DNA of 64,000 nucleotides from an uncultured Alphaproteobacteria bacterium (GCA_902464275.1 CABQIK010000002.1:80485-144484); one strand, 5' to 3'; counted from the first letter of the stretch, positions 26,420-36,558 are shown. Made by a program: numbers and translations. The notes: a model not told the origin generated them from the letters alone.

Positions 26420-26644
26420 TTACATAGCCACATACGGCAACAAGCCGATGTAACGCGCGCGTTTAATAGCACGAGCCAATTCTCTCTGCTTTTTGGCAGA
26501 AACTGAAGTAATGCGGCTCGGAATGATTTTGCCTTTTTCCGAAATAAAACGGGAAAGAAGCTTAACGTCTTTATAGTCAATTCTCAAAGCGTTTTCACCG
26601 GAGAAAGGACAAGATTTTCTTTTAAAAAATGATTGTTTTGCCAT
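26420..26644 (-). CDS. rpsR: 30S ribosomal protein S18
   Basis: [45 protein letters not shown]. Confidence 0.95.
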   Translation of the reverse strand: MAKQSFFKRKSCPFSGENALRIDYKDVKLLSRFISEKGKIIPSRITSVSAKKQRELARAIKRARYIGLLPYVAM

Positions 26645-26655
26645 TTTGTTTCTCC

Positions 26656-27003
26656 TTAAGCTTCAACTTCGGCTTCAACAGCGGCAACATCTTCATCTGA
26701 AGACATTTCGTTGTTAAATTCATCAACTTTAATGGTCATATAACGAATAACGTCTTCGTTTAATCTCATCAAGCGTTCATACTCAAAGATTGCTTTGGCA
26801 GGAGCAACAATGTTTAACAAAACATAATGTCCCTTGCGGTTTTTTTTGATACGATAAGCAAGGTTTTTCAAACCCCAGTTATCAACTTTTACAACTTCGC
26901 CGCCTTCTTTTTTAAGAGCTTCGCTCAAATCTGAAACGAGGCTGTTTACTTGAGAAGCGCCGAGGTCCTGACGTGCAATAAGCACGCTCTCGTAATTTGC
27001 CAT
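26656..27003 (-). CDS. rpsF: 30S ribosomal protein S6
   Basis: [14 protein letters not shown]...[21 protein letters not shown]. Confidence 0.93.
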   Translation of the reverse strand: MANYESVLIARQDLGASQVNSLVSDLSEALKKEGGEVVKVDNWGLKNLAYRIKKNRKGHYVLLNIVAPAKAIFEYERLMRLNEDVIRYMTIKVDEFNNEMSSDEDVAAVEAEVEA

Positions 27004-27193
27004 ATAAAATTCTCCTTATGGATTCTCAACAAATAGACGCTTGCGCGTCCGGTTAAATGTATAGCCGCAAAAAACTTTCTGCGGCAAGGACAAGCGTTAA
27101 TATAGCGCAAAACTTTATTTTTGCAAGCATTTTTTTATAAAGACTATTTTAACAAATTAAGTTTATGCTTGAGGTATATGTTATAAGGATTTT

Positions 27194-27520
27194 ATGCGCA
27201 TGAAAAACTTTAAAATATTAGGCTTTGCCGCTGTGTTGGCTTTGCTTGCGGGCTGTGCTCATCAAGAAGAAGTGCCGGTTAAAAACGTGCCTTTGTTTCA
27301 AGATGAGGCTATTGCTTTGCAAAACTTAAAATCACGCGTGGTGGTTTATTGCTTTACTTCCGCCGATTATCAGGCTGACGACTGTGCCAGACGCTTTGAA
27401 TCACAAGGCTTTGTACGCCTTAAAGATATTCCGAAACTGCCGGCGGAGTTTGACTTTTTAAAAGGCGATACATACCCTACCCGTCGTTGGCGCAAAGATG
27501 AATTGGTTCCAAGGTGGTAA
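27194..27520 (+). CDS. Small lipoprotein
   Basis: Signal peptide with lipobox LLAGC. Confidence 0.65.
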   Translation: MRMKNFKILGFAAVLALLAGCAHQEEVPVKNVPLFQDEAIALQNLKSRVVVYCFTSADYQADDCARRFESQGFVRLKDIPKLPAEFDFLKGDTYPTRRWRKDELVPRW

Positions 27521-27526
27521 CTGCCG

Positions 27527-29044
27527 ATGCAAGCCAAAATTAAAACCATAGCTTTTAGCGGATTAGATGTTCCCGACGTTGATGTGCAAATTCAGCTCAG
27601 CGCGGGGATTCCTGCTTTTACAATCGTGGGGCTGCCCGATAAGGCGGTCGCCGAAAGTAAAGAGCGGGTGCGCGCCGCGTTTCAGGCTATCGGCATCAGT
27701 TTTCCGGCCAAACGCATTACCATTAATTTAGCGCCCGCCAATTTGCTTAAAGAAGGCTCGCACTTTGACCTGCCGATTGCCGTCGGCATTTTAACCTGTA
27801 TGGAAATTTTGCCGCAGGAAGAACTCTCCGAATATATTGTGTTGGGCGAACTCGGGCTTGACAACTCGGTTATGCCGGTAAACGGCGTGCTGCCGGTGGC
27901 AATTAAAGCCAACCGCGAAAATAAAGGTATTATTTGCCCGGAGCAACAAGGAAGCGAAGCGGTTTGGGGCGGACTTAAAAATATTGTGGCAACACCGAGT
28001 TTGCTTGCGTTAATTAATCATTTTAAGGGGATTCAGACTCTGCCGCAACCGGTTGCCAAACGGCGCAAAGAGCAAATAAGCGGGCTTGATTTGGCTGATA
28101 TTAAAGGACAAGAGAGCGCTAAACGCGCGCTTGAAATTGCCGCCGCCGGCTCGCACAACATGTTAATGGTCGGACCTCCGGGAGCCGGAAAATCAATGCT
28201 GGCTTCGCGGCTTACTTCCATTTTGCCGCCTTTGAGCGCGGAAGAAGCGCTTGAAACCTGCATTATTCATTCAGTAGCCGGCGAATTAAAAGACGGCGAG
28301 CTTGACTTTACTCGTCCGTACCGCGACCCGCACCATAATGCCTCAACTTCGGCTTTGGTCGGCGGCGGGCGCAAAGCTATGCCCGGTGAAATTTCACTAG
28401 CGCATAACGGAGTTTTGTTTTTAGACGAGCTACCCGAGTTTAACCGCAGCACCTTAGAAGCGTTGCGTCAACCGCTTGAAAACGGTTGCGTTACAGTTTC
28501 AAGAGCCGAATATCATCATACTTATCCGGCGCGTTTTCAGCTGATTGCCGCCATGAATCCGTGCCGTTGCGGATATTTGGGTTTTGCAGGGCAAGAATGC
28601 CCGAAAGCACCGCAATGCGCCGCAGAATATCAGGCCAAAATTTCCGGCCCGTTATTAGACCGTATAGACATTCATGTTTTTGTGCCGCCGGTCAGCCCGT
28701 GGGAAATTTTTGAGCAAGTCAAAGGCGAATCGTCAGAAACCGTACGCAAACGCGTAATTACGGCTCGCGAAATTCAAAAAGAACGTTTTATAAAATTCGG
28801 ACGCCCCGAATTGTTGACCAACTCGCAATTAAAAGGCGACCTTTTAGAAGACGCAGTGCAACTTGACAACGAGGCGCAAAAGCTTTTAATCCGCTTTGCA
28901 GAGCAATTTAAGCTCTCGGCTCGCGGGTATCATCGCACATTACGATTAGCAAGAACGATTGCAGACTTGCAAAATGAAACAAAAGTGCTTAAAATGCATA
29001 TCGCCGAGGCATTAAATTATCGGCGCATTATGCCGGCAAAATAA
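27527..29044 (+). CDS. comM: Mg-chelatase-like AAA+ protein (YifB/ComM family)
   Basis: N-terminal Lon-protease-like domain, Walker A GPPGAGKS and Walker B VLFLDELPEF. Confidence 0.9.
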   Translation: MQAKIKTIAFSGLDVPDVDVQIQLSAGIPAFTIVGLPDKAVAESKERVRAAFQAIGISFPAKRITINLAPANLLKEGSHFDLPIAVGILTCMEILPQEELSEYIVLGELGLDNSVMPVNGVLPVAIKANRENKGIICPEQQGSEAVWGGLKNIVATPSLLALINHFKGIQTLPQPVAKRRKEQISGLDLADIKGQESAKRALEIAAAGSHNMLMVGPPGAGKSMLASRLTSILPPLSAEEALETCIIHSVAGELKDGELDFTRPYRDPHHNASTSALVGGGRKAMPGEISLAHNGVLFLDELPEFNRSTLEALRQPLENGCVTVSRAEYHHTYPARFQLIAAMNPCRCGYLGFAGQECPKAPQCAAEYQAKISGPLLDRIDIHVFVPPVSPWEIFEQVKGESSETVRKRVITAREIQKERFIKFGRPELLTNSQLKGDLLEDAVQLDNEAQKLLIRFAEQFKLSARGYHRTLRLARTIADLQNETKVLKMHIAEALNYRRIMPAK

Positions 29045-29061
29045 ATTACAGGAGATTAAAA

Positions 29062-31185
29062 ATGAAAATGTTAAAGCCGTCTAAACTTTTACTTTTTTCT
29101 TTGATAACAGCCGTTATCACCGGACTTGCCGGGTTTGACGGCGTTTCGGCAGCCTCACGGCAGTCGGCTTACACCGTGCGCGATATGATGGCGCGCCGCG
29201 GTCGTCCGCCCAAGAGCGTGACCAAGCCCGCCAAACGCACCACTCCTAAAGTTATCCGCAAATCGGCCGCGGAAGGCTCTTATACCAATGTCGGAACCAG
29301 TAATGCCGCCGGTTTTGAACAAACCGTATTGCTTAACAAAGACGGGAGCTTGTTTCCGGGCGGTCCGTGCGTTGAGTGCCAAACCGGTCCGATTGATAAA
29401 GACGGCAGTTTGTTTCCGGGCGGCTCCTGTGTAAATTGTCAGACCGGCCCGCTCATTGACACCGGCCCCTGCATTGATTGTCAGACCGGCCCGCTTATTG
29501 ACACCGGTCCGTGCGTAAACTGCGAAAAGCCCAAACCGCTTATTGCCAATTATGCCATTCCTTATACTCCGTATATTTATCAGTCGGTGGAGCGTAATTG
29601 CTGCGCCATGGCTCCGCTTTATTTGGAACATGTTGACTTTAACCTTGCCAATGTGCCGAATAACGGACCGGAAAAACTCGGTAATTATCGTTTCAGAATT
29701 TTCGGGTGCCGCCGTTATGATAAAGAAGCCATATTAAACCGCGGTCGCATAATGGAAAAAGATATGAACTTCTCGCAAATTTTTGAAGAAGTTACCGGCG
29801 ATTGCTACAATCTGGTTAAAATGCCTGATGATTTGTGCCTGCAAACCACTCCTTCTCCGTTGCCTGAATATATTTTAACTGCGGAAATCACCAACTTCTT
29901 TATGAACGTGTGCGACGGTTATGACTGGCAAGACGTTCAAAAGCAAAACGCGCGCACCGGTTCGGCTGAAATGACGGTTACGTGGCGCTTGACCAACCTT
30001 ACCAAGACCAAAGTTTTGTGGGAAGGGCAAACCACCGGTTACAGCGACTTAGACAACGGCGCTGCCAATGGCGAAATTAAGCTAGTGGAAGACGCTTTTG
30101 CCGATGCCGCAAGCAATTTAAGCACCATGCCGGGATTTGAAGATCAGCTTATGGTTCGCTTAACGCCGGAAGAATTAACCGAACAGCGCAACGCCTTAAT
30201 TGATGAAGAAATTGCCTTAAATCCGGCCAAATGCCGTTTTGAGGAAGAGCTTACTCAGGTTAAAAACTGCGAAATAAGCCGTCCGGAAAGCGATATTAAC
30301 CAATGCCCGGCTTATATTGAGCAAAAATCAGGCGTGGTTTCAGATTATGAATTGTTTGATAATGTGGTGGTTGAAAACAGCGGCGTTGTTTCAGACGGCG
30401 ATTGCGCCAAAGTTGACGACACTTGGGTTGACATGCAGCAAAACACCACTTCATTTGACAGTCTGTGCATTGTTGACAGACCTCCGTATGAAACATTAAG
30501 TCCCGAAAATTTATATAAAGTCAGAGCCTCTGTGGTTGAAATTAACGGTAACGCCGGTAAAAAAGGCGCCGGTCTGATTATTTCAGAGTCGTTTGTTTTA
30601 ACTTCAGCCGATTTGGTTGATAAAACTAACAATCATTACCAAATTAAAACCATTAACGGCAAAGAGCTGACCGGTCATGCGGTACGCGTAAATCCGGCTA
30701 AAAACATTGCGTTGATTATGCTGGATACACCTACCGAATATACCCCGCTTTCATTGAATTTAGACTTGCCGAAAGTAAACCAAAGCGGCTTTATGGTGCT
30801 TGGCGTGCTTGACGTGCCGACTTTCAGCGATGGCGAAAACTACATTGACAACAGCGGTAAAGTTGCCGGATACCGTTATTCGGAAGACAAAGGTTCAGAA
30901 ATCATGATGAACACTTTTGTACAAAATGTTACCATCGGCGGCATTTTGATTGATGCCAACGGTACCGTTAACGGGGTGGCTCATTCCGGTAAAAAGACTG
31001 ACAGCGGTATGGATTTGTTCCTGCCAACCGAAACCGCTTTGCGCAGCGTCGGGCTCTCAATTTGTGAAAAACTTTACGCCAAACCGAGTCCGTGGCAGCA
31101 AACGGTTTATAAACCGGTGACCGAAAAAATTATGGCTCCGGCGCCTAAAGCTCCTGAAGCCATGAAAGAAAAAGACCGCAAATAA
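29062..31185 (+). CDS. Secreted protein: Cys-rich CxxCQTGP repeats + central domain + trypsin-like C-terminal domain that appears to lack the catalytic triad
   Basis: 707 aa with a signal peptide. The C-terminal GAGLIISESFVLTSADLV / KNIALIML / VTIGGILID aligns by eye with the TxAHV / DIALL / GDSGGP positions, with H, D and S all replaced. Confidence 0.6.
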   Translation: MKMLKPSKLLLFSLITAVITGLAGFDGVSAASRQSAYTVRDMMARRGRPPKSVTKPAKRTTPKVIRKSAAEGSYTNVGTSNAAGFEQTVLLNKDGSLFPGGPCVECQTGPIDKDGSLFPGGSCVNCQTGPLIDTGPCIDCQTGPLIDTGPCVNCEKPKPLIANYAIPYTPYIYQSVERNCCAMAPLYLEHVDFNLANVPNNGPEKLGNYRFRIFGCRRYDKEAILNRGRIMEKDMNFSQIFEEVTGDCYNLVKMPDDLCLQTTPSPLPEYILTAEITNFFMNVCDGYDWQDVQKQNARTGSAEMTVTWRLTNLTKTKVLWEGQTTGYSDLDNGAANGEIKLVEDAFADAASNLSTMPGFEDQLMVRLTPEELTEQRNALIDEEIALNPAKCRFEEELTQVKNCEISRPESDINQCPAYIEQKSGVVSDYELFDNVVVENSGVVSDGDCAKVDDTWVDMQQNTTSFDSLCIVDRPPYETLSPENLYKVRASVVEINGNAGKKGAGLIISESFVLTSADLVDKTNNHYQIKTINGKELTGHAVRVNPAKNIALIMLDTPTEYTPLSLNLDLPKVNQSGFMVLGVLDVPTFSDGENYIDNSGKVAGYRYSEDKGSEIMMNTFVQNVTIGGILIDANGTVNGVAHSGKKTDSGMDLFLPTETALRSVGLSICEKLYAKPSPWQQTVYKPVTEKIMAPAPKAPEAMKEKDRK
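29338..29523 (+). repeat. In-frame degenerate tandem repeats encoding Cys-rich units
   Basis: KDGSLFPGGxCVxCQTGPID occurs twice, followed by TGPC(I/V)(D/N)C(Q/E).. units. Confidence 0.8.
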
Positions 31186-31208
31186 ACGGTTTGTCAGGTA
31201 ATAAATTA

Positions 31209-31246
31209 ATCGGTGACGGCTTTCCGGCTATCACCGATTTTTTTGT
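31209..31246 (+). terminator. Rho-independent terminator
   Basis: ATCGGTGA ... TCACCGAT followed by TTTTTTT. Confidence 0.75.
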
Positions 31247-31260
31247 TCCGTTATTTTGCA

Positions 31261-31380
31261 TAGGGTTTATTTTGCATTGTGCCAATACAACTTATGCACA
31301 GCGCTGACTCGTAAATATTGCAAAAAAAAAACGCGAGATAAAATCTTCTCAAAACTAACTTTTTGAGAGGATTTTAGCTC
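31261..31380 (+). promoter_or_regulatory. Pilin-cassette copy 3 (full length)
   Basis: Same blocks as copy 2. Inverted repeat GAGATAAAATCTTCTCAAAA / TTTTGAGAGGATTTTAGCTC abuts the ATG at 31381. Confidence 0.8.
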
Positions 31381-32016
31381 ATGTATACACAATCCGGAAG
31401 AAGTATGGTTGAGATGCTCGGAGTTCTGGCGATTATCGGGGTGCTGTCAGTTGGCGCTATTGCCGGTTACGGAAAAGCTATGTTCAAGTACAAACTTAAC
31501 AAACAAACCGAACAATTAAATCAGGTTATCGGTGCCATCGTGCGCTATAAAAGCAGTTTACTGCTTAATCCCAATCCGGCGGATGATACCAATCTAAGCG
31601 ACTTTCAATTAGTGTCATTACTTAAAAAGCTCGGTGAAATTCCAAAAGAGATGTATACATCCAGTGATGTATACATCAAAGATGCTTTCGGCACTCAATA
31701 TTATGTTTATAATCGTAACACTCATAAGAACATGGTTTTTTTACGAACTCGTAGCATGGATCGTAATGACAGCTCTTTTCAGATTTGTAAAAATTTATAC
31801 TTAATCGCCAAAGAATGGCACCAAGAATTACATTCTATACGTGTTGCAGCTTATAAAGGCGATGATTTTGACAGCCAAGGAACATATTGCGGCGATAACA
31901 CTCTAAATTCATATTGTTTTAAACGCATTAAAGATTTACGATTAACCGACCTTGACGATATTTGCCGAACCGCCGCTGAAGAGCAAGGCTCATATTCGGT
32001 TATGTTATATTTTTAA
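31381..32016 (+). CDS. Prepilin-type pilin-like protein, paralogue 2
   Basis: 211 aa. MYTQSG-RSMVEMLGVLAIIGVLSVGAIAGY, plus the ICKNLYLIAKE core and C-terminal Cys residues. Confidence 0.8.
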   Translation: MYTQSGRSMVEMLGVLAIIGVLSVGAIAGYGKAMFKYKLNKQTEQLNQVIGAIVRYKSSLLLNPNPADDTNLSDFQLVSLLKKLGEIPKEMYTSSDVYIKDAFGTQYYVYNRNTHKNMVFLRTRSMDRNDSSFQICKNLYLIAKEWHQELHSIRVAAYKGDDFDSQGTYCGDNTLNSYCFKRIKDLRLTDLDDICRTAAEEQGSYSVMLYF

Positions 32017-32117
32017 CAACCTAACTTATGCACCGCCTGCCAAAAAAATGTTTATTTTTTGCGCAAATAAGTTATATTCGCCTATATTTTGATTTAATTT
32101 TGAGATATGGTGACGTT

Positions 32118-32789
32118 ATGAAAAAAACTTTTTTATCCCCGTTTTTTACTCCCGTAGCATTTAGTGTTTGTTGGAGCGCTGTTTTGGCGGTTGTTTTAAT
32201 ATTTTTCCCCGAACAAAAATTTTTAATTACCGAGGACGGCGAAATTATTGAGCTGTTTACCAACATCGGTTATATTTTGATGTTGGCGACTATGTTGTTT
32301 TTATCTAAAGATTACACCGATAAAATTACCTCATGGGGAATTTATTTATTTTTGGGAATTTGCGCCTTTTTGCGCGAAGCGGGCATTCAGCACCATTTGT
32401 CACGCACCGATTCAACCCCGTTTAAGTCACGTTTTTTCTTGAATCCGGACAATCCGTGGGGTGAAAAAATTGTGTTCGGGTTGCTCTTGCTCGTTGTTTT
32501 CGGGGCAATACTTTATTTAGGCATTAAGTATGCCAAACATTTGGTAACCTCATTTTTTAAGCTCAATACCGTTACATGGTCTACCGCGGTTTTGTGCACC
32601 ACTTTGGTATTTGCCAAATTTGCCGACCGCTTTCCGGGAAATTGGCGTCATAATCATGACGGAGAACTGCTCCCGCGCGAACAAATTGAAATTTGGTCTT
32701 TACTGGAAGAAAGCTCGGAAATGTTTTTGCCTTATTTGGTAGTTATCATTATGGTTCAATACCATTTGCTTAAAAGCAAACAGCAATAA
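32118..32789 (+). CDS. Polytopic membrane protein, unknown function
   Basis: ATG 32118 (MKKTFLSPFF...) is preferred over 32028. ~6 hydrophobic segments. Confidence 0.6.
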   Translation: MKKTFLSPFFTPVAFSVCWSAVLAVVLIFFPEQKFLITEDGEIIELFTNIGYILMLATMLFLSKDYTDKITSWGIYLFLGICAFLREAGIQHHLSRTDSTPFKSRFFLNPDNPWGEKIVFGLLLLVVFGAILYLGIKYAKHLVTSFFKLNTVTWSTAVLCTTLVFAKFADRFPGNWRHNHDGELLPREQIEIWSLLEESSEMFLPYLVVIIMVQYHLLKSKQQ

Positions 32790-32792
32790 CTT

Positions 32793-32821
32793 AAACGCCG
32801 GTTTTTAACACCGGCGTTTTT
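32793..32821. terminator. Bidirectional terminator
   Basis: AAACGCCGGT-ttttaac-ACCGGCGTTT followed by TT. Confidence 0.75.
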
Positions 32822-32823
32822 AA

Positions 32824-33801
32824 TTACAGATTACGATTAACTCTTAAATAATGGACAATGCAGAAAACCGCCCAAAACTGCTCAAATATTTCATCAAACT
32901 TATCTTTATCTAAATGAGTTTTGAAAAATTCGCACGGCTCAAACATATCCTCGCGCGTTTCAACGGACAATAAAACTCTGTTGGCATACATGCCGAGCTG
33001 AATGCTTTTGCCGTTAAACGCCTCTTTTAAATTGATTAAACGTTTAACAAAACCAGGAAGAAGTAAATTGCGCGCTTCTTCCGCGTTGCCGGTATAAACC
33101 TCAAAATATTTATCCGATAAATCATCATCGGGCTTAAAGCGGGTGAGGCCATCAAAAGTTTTACCTTTACTGAACATGCCGCCGTTTTTGAGCACAATGG
33201 TTTGCGCCGTGAAGGGCTTGTTTAAGTCTATTTCAATCGCAATTCCCTGAAATACAATTTTTTCCGTGCGTTTGCCTTTAACCATGTTTATGTTTTTCAT
33301 GGTTTGCTCGCAAACGGTAACCATAGTATCGGCATATTTACCGAAAAAGGCGTCTTCGGCTGAAATTTCATCGTATTTCGGAAAAATCAGGCTCATTTCC
33401 ATCAATTTTTGATTTATCGGCTGCCCGTGGCGGTATCTGAAGCCGTCAAAAAACTTGGCAAACAACTCCATAGAATCGTTTGTAACCTGCGCGCGATATT
33501 TTTTTACCGGCAGGCGAATGGCATAAATCATTCCCGCCATTAAAAATACCAGAATTCCCCAACTGACGCTTGAATGAACATGATTGTTAAAAAAGTAAAT
33601 AAACAATCCGGTCATCGGCACTAAAAATAATGAGAGCCATATTAAAAACCAAAACTGGCTGACGCATTTTAACCTGATGTCTTCTTTTTTCTTTAAGAAC
33701 GGAGCTAAAACTTGTTCATAATAGCCGTCAAATTTTGATTTAAATTCAGCATGTTGCCAAATTTCTTCGCTATTGTCTTCTTCTGTTATATCAACCGACA
33801 T
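32824..33801 (-). CDS. Membrane protein, layout resembling DUF3137 family (tentative)
   Basis: 325 aa. Cytosolic N-terminus, two adjacent TM helices (FWFLIWLSLFLVPMTGLFIYFF, ILVFLMAGMIYAI), then a soluble C-terminal domain. Confidence 0.55.
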   Translation of the reverse strand: MSVDITEEDNSEEIWQHAEFKSKFDGYYEQVLAPFLKKKEDIRLKCVSQFWFLIWLSLFLVPMTGLFIYFFNNHVHSSVSWGILVFLMAGMIYAIRLPVKKYRAQVTNDSMELFAKFFDGFRYRHGQPINQKLMEMSLIFPKYDEISAEDAFFGKYADTMVTVCEQTMKNINMVKGKRTEKIVFQGIAIEIDLNKPFTAQTIVLKNGGMFSKGKTFDGLTRFKPDDDLSDKYFEVYTGNAEEARNLLLPGFVKRLINLKEAFNGKSIQLGMYANRVLLSVETREDMFEPCEFFKTHLDKDKFDEIFEQFWAVFCIVHYLRVNRNL

Positions 33802-33929
33802 TTATGTAAACCCTGTTTTATTATTTAAACTTGAGTAATATTATAAAACATGGTTGGTAAACAAATATTAAAATTATTTTCATTTTTAGCTGATAAGTTG
33901 GCAATAATTTATCAATCGGGGCTGAACTT

Positions 33930-35156
33930 ATGCTTAACGTTATTTGGATTTTGTTTTTTCTGCTTTCATTTGCCGCGGCTTGTTTTCAGGCTTTTATCGG
34001 CGGCAACCCGCTGATTTGGACTGAAGTTATTAATGCTTTATTTACCGCGGCAAAATCGGCCTTTACCATTGCCATAAACTTAACCGGTATGCTGTGCCTG
34101 TGGCTCGGGCTGTTAAAAATTGCCGAAAAATCAGGCTTAACCGATTTGCTTGCCCGCGGACTTGTTCCGTTATTTAAAAAGATTATGCCGGAAATTCCGG
34201 AACATCACCCCGCAATCGGCTCTATGGTTATGAATATTGCCGCCAATATGTTAGGTCTTGATAACGCCGCAACCCCGATGGGTCTTAAAGCCATGGAGCA
34301 AATGCAAGAACTTAACCCGCGCAAAGATACCGCCTCAAATGCTGAAATTATGTTTATGGTGATTAATGCCTCCGCCGTAACCATTATCCCGATTAATATT
34401 TTAATGTATCGGGCAGAGCTTGGTTCCGCTAATCCGTGCGCGGTGTTTATCCCGATTTTAATTGCCACCGCCGCCTCAAGTTTAGCCGGATTTTTGGCAG
34501 TGGCAATCGTGCAAAAACTGCCGATATTTAATCGGATGGTATTTGCTTATTTACTCGGATTTGCCCTGTTTATCGGCGGTCTGGCTTATTATTTTGCAAG
34601 CCTTGACGATGCGGTGCGGTTAACCTATTCGGAAAGCGCCGGAAACTTTATTTTATTTTTTACGGTCGCCGCTTTTATTGCTTATGGCGCCGCCAAACGC
34701 CTTAATGTTTATGAAACTTTTATAACCGGCGCCAAAGAAGGTTTTGATATTGCCGTAAAAATTATTCCATATTTGGTGGCGATGCTTGCCGCCATTGCCG
34801 TATTGCGCGCTTCCGGCGTTATGGAGATGTTTGTTGCCGGAGTGGCCAAAATAGTCAGTTTTGCCGGTATTGACACCGGTTTTGTTCCGGCGTTGCCGAC
34901 AGCATTTATAAAACCGCTTTCCGGCAGCGGCGCACGCGCCATGATGATTGAAACCTTGCAAACCTACGGAGCCGACAGCTTTGCCGGATTTGTGTCTTCC
35001 GTTATTCAAGGCTCAACTGAAACCACTTTTTATGTTTTGGCGGTATATTTCGGCGCCATTAAAGTGATTAAAACGCGGCACGCCCTGCCCTGCGCGCTAT
35101 TTGCCGATTTGGTCGGAATTATTACCGCAATATACGTTTCATATTTATTTTATTAA
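33930..35156 (+). CDS. Nucleoside-recognition-domain membrane protein (SpmA/SpmB-like fusion)
   Basis: MLNVIWILFFLLS... and GLDNAATPMGLKAMEQM motifs. ~10 TM segments. Confidence 0.75.
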   Translation: MLNVIWILFFLLSFAAACFQAFIGGNPLIWTEVINALFTAAKSAFTIAINLTGMLCLWLGLLKIAEKSGLTDLLARGLVPLFKKIMPEIPEHHPAIGSMVMNIAANMLGLDNAATPMGLKAMEQMQELNPRKDTASNAEIMFMVINASAVTIIPINILMYRAELGSANPCAVFIPILIATAASSLAGFLAVAIVQKLPIFNRMVFAYLLGFALFIGGLAYYFASLDDAVRLTYSESAGNFILFFTVAAFIAYGAAKRLNVYETFITGAKEGFDIAVKIIPYLVAMLAAIAVLRASGVMEMFVAGVAKIVSFAGIDTGFVPALPTAFIKPLSGSGARAMMIETLQTYGADSFAGFVSSVIQGSTETTFYVLAVYFGAIKVIKTRHALPCALFADLVGIITAIYVSYLFY

Positions 35157-35168
35157 AGGATTTTTAGC

Positions 35169-35609
35169 ATGAAAGCTCTTTTGCAACGAGTTAAATATGC
35201 CGGCGTTACGGTAAACGGCAAACAAGTTTCACACATCGGGCAAGGCTTGCTGATTTTTTTAGGCATAGCCAAAAACGACACGGCCGCGCAAGCTGATTTT
35301 TTAGCTAAAAAAGCCGCTAATCTGCGGATTTTTGAAGATGAAAACAAAAAAATGAATCTATCAGTACAAGATATTAAAGGCGAAGTTTTGGTAGTTTCGC
35401 AGTTTACGTTGGCAGGCGACACTTCTCGCGGCAATCGTCCGGGGTTTGAAACCGCCGCCGCTCCGCAAGACGCTGATGTTTTGTATGAATATTTTTCAGA
35501 ACAGCTGCGCAGCGTTCACCATCTGCCGGTACAAAACGGCATTTTTCAGGCCGATATGCAGGTTGAACTTTTAAACGACGGTCCGGTTACTTTTATGCTG
35601 GAAAAATAG
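35169..35609 (+). CDS. dtd: D-aminoacyl-tRNA deacylase
   Basis: MKALLQRV... and SQFTLAGDTSRGNRPGF motifs. Confidence 0.92.
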   Translation: MKALLQRVKYAGVTVNGKQVSHIGQGLLIFLGIAKNDTAAQADFLAKKAANLRIFEDENKKMNLSVQDIKGEVLVVSQFTLAGDTSRGNRPGFETAAAPQDADVLYEYFSEQLRSVHHLPVQNGIFQADMQVELLNDGPVTFMLEK

Positions 35610-35640
35610 CATACAATAATCGGAAGAATAAAAATATCGG

Positions 35641-36555
35641 TTATTCGGCACTATCGTCAGATTCTGAGAGGGGGCGGCCTAAAGCTTGTTTTTCCTGACG
35701 CAGTTGTTCATTATGTTCAATTTTGCGCAGCACGTTAGCGCCGGCGGTTTCAATCAGCTTATTTAAAAGCCGCGCGGCGGTTTGTTGTTCATCTTCTTCC
35801 GCTCCAAAGAGCACAAAGCGGTTTTGATACTCGTTTACAATTTCATTTTTTAAACCGGTAACGTCTAAAGATACCACCATTTGCAAGCGTTTATGCGCCG
35901 CGTCTAAATTATCAACTTTAGCTTTTAAAACTTTAGGGGTTATAACATAGTCGGCAATTTCAGCATCTTCGGTTAAGTAAAAATACTGATTGTTTGCAAA
36001 CTGCTCTTGTAACATTTGCGCATATTTTTTTGATTGGGCGCCGGTATAATATTCAAGCGGCATAATGCGCACAAGCGCCAAGCTTTCAGGGTTAGCCGGT
36101 TTAATATCAACCTCGTTTTTGACCTCGGCAACAACCTCAGCCACTTCTTCGGGAGTGGCTTCTTTGACGGGTTGTTCCCGTTCAATAAATTCCGCCTGCA
36201 CTTTTTCAATGGCGGTTGGCGATAAATAACCGTTAATCTCAACGCAAACTTTATCAGAATCTGACGGCGCGGTTGAAGAAGATAAATCTTCAATATATTC
36301 ATCAACCAAACGATAAACGAGCACGTTTACATCATGCTCGTTTAAAATACTTTTGGCGCGCGCCAACTCAGCTAATTTTTTAACGCCTAAAAACACCGCC
36401 TTATCTGCGGCGCGAACGCGAGTACTGGCTTTACTTTCGCCCTCAATAACCTTTTCACAGGCATTACCGTATATCGGCAACGCCTGTGTTTTTGTATTTT
36501 GGGCATGCGCCGACATTATTATACCGGCGCATAAAAAAGCAAGCAACAGCCTCAT
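35641..36555 (-). CDS. Secreted protein, unknown function
   Basis: Signal peptide MRLLLAFLCAGIIMSAHA. Lies 3 nt downstream of the 36559..37371 lipoprotein gene on the same strand. Confidence 0.65.
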   Translation of the reverse strand: MRLLLAFLCAGIIMSAHAQNTKTQALPIYGNACEKVIEGESKASTRVRAADKAVFLGVKKLAELARAKSILNEHDVNVLVYRLVDEYIEDLSSSTAPSDSDKVCVEINGYLSPTAIEKVQAEFIEREQPVKEATPEEVAEVVAEVKNEVDIKPANPESLALVRIMPLEYYTGAQSKKYAQMLQEQFANNQYFYLTEDAEIADYVITPKVLKAKVDNLDAAHKRLQMVVSLDVTGLKNEIVNEYQNRFVLFGAEEDEQQTAARLLNKLIETAGANVLRKIEHNEQLRQEKQALGRPLSESDDSAE

Positions 36556-36558
36556 TGA

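Noticed and set aside
35153-35434. 93-aa minus-strand ORF overlapping dtd, and similar short antisense or alternate-frame ORFs in the track (e.g. 787-1131, 15384-16562, 22012-22591, 29155-29631, 36353-36712, 61212-61637)
   Set aside because: All are embedded in strongly supported genes on the other strand or frame, and none has independent signals. They are treated as shadow ORFs.
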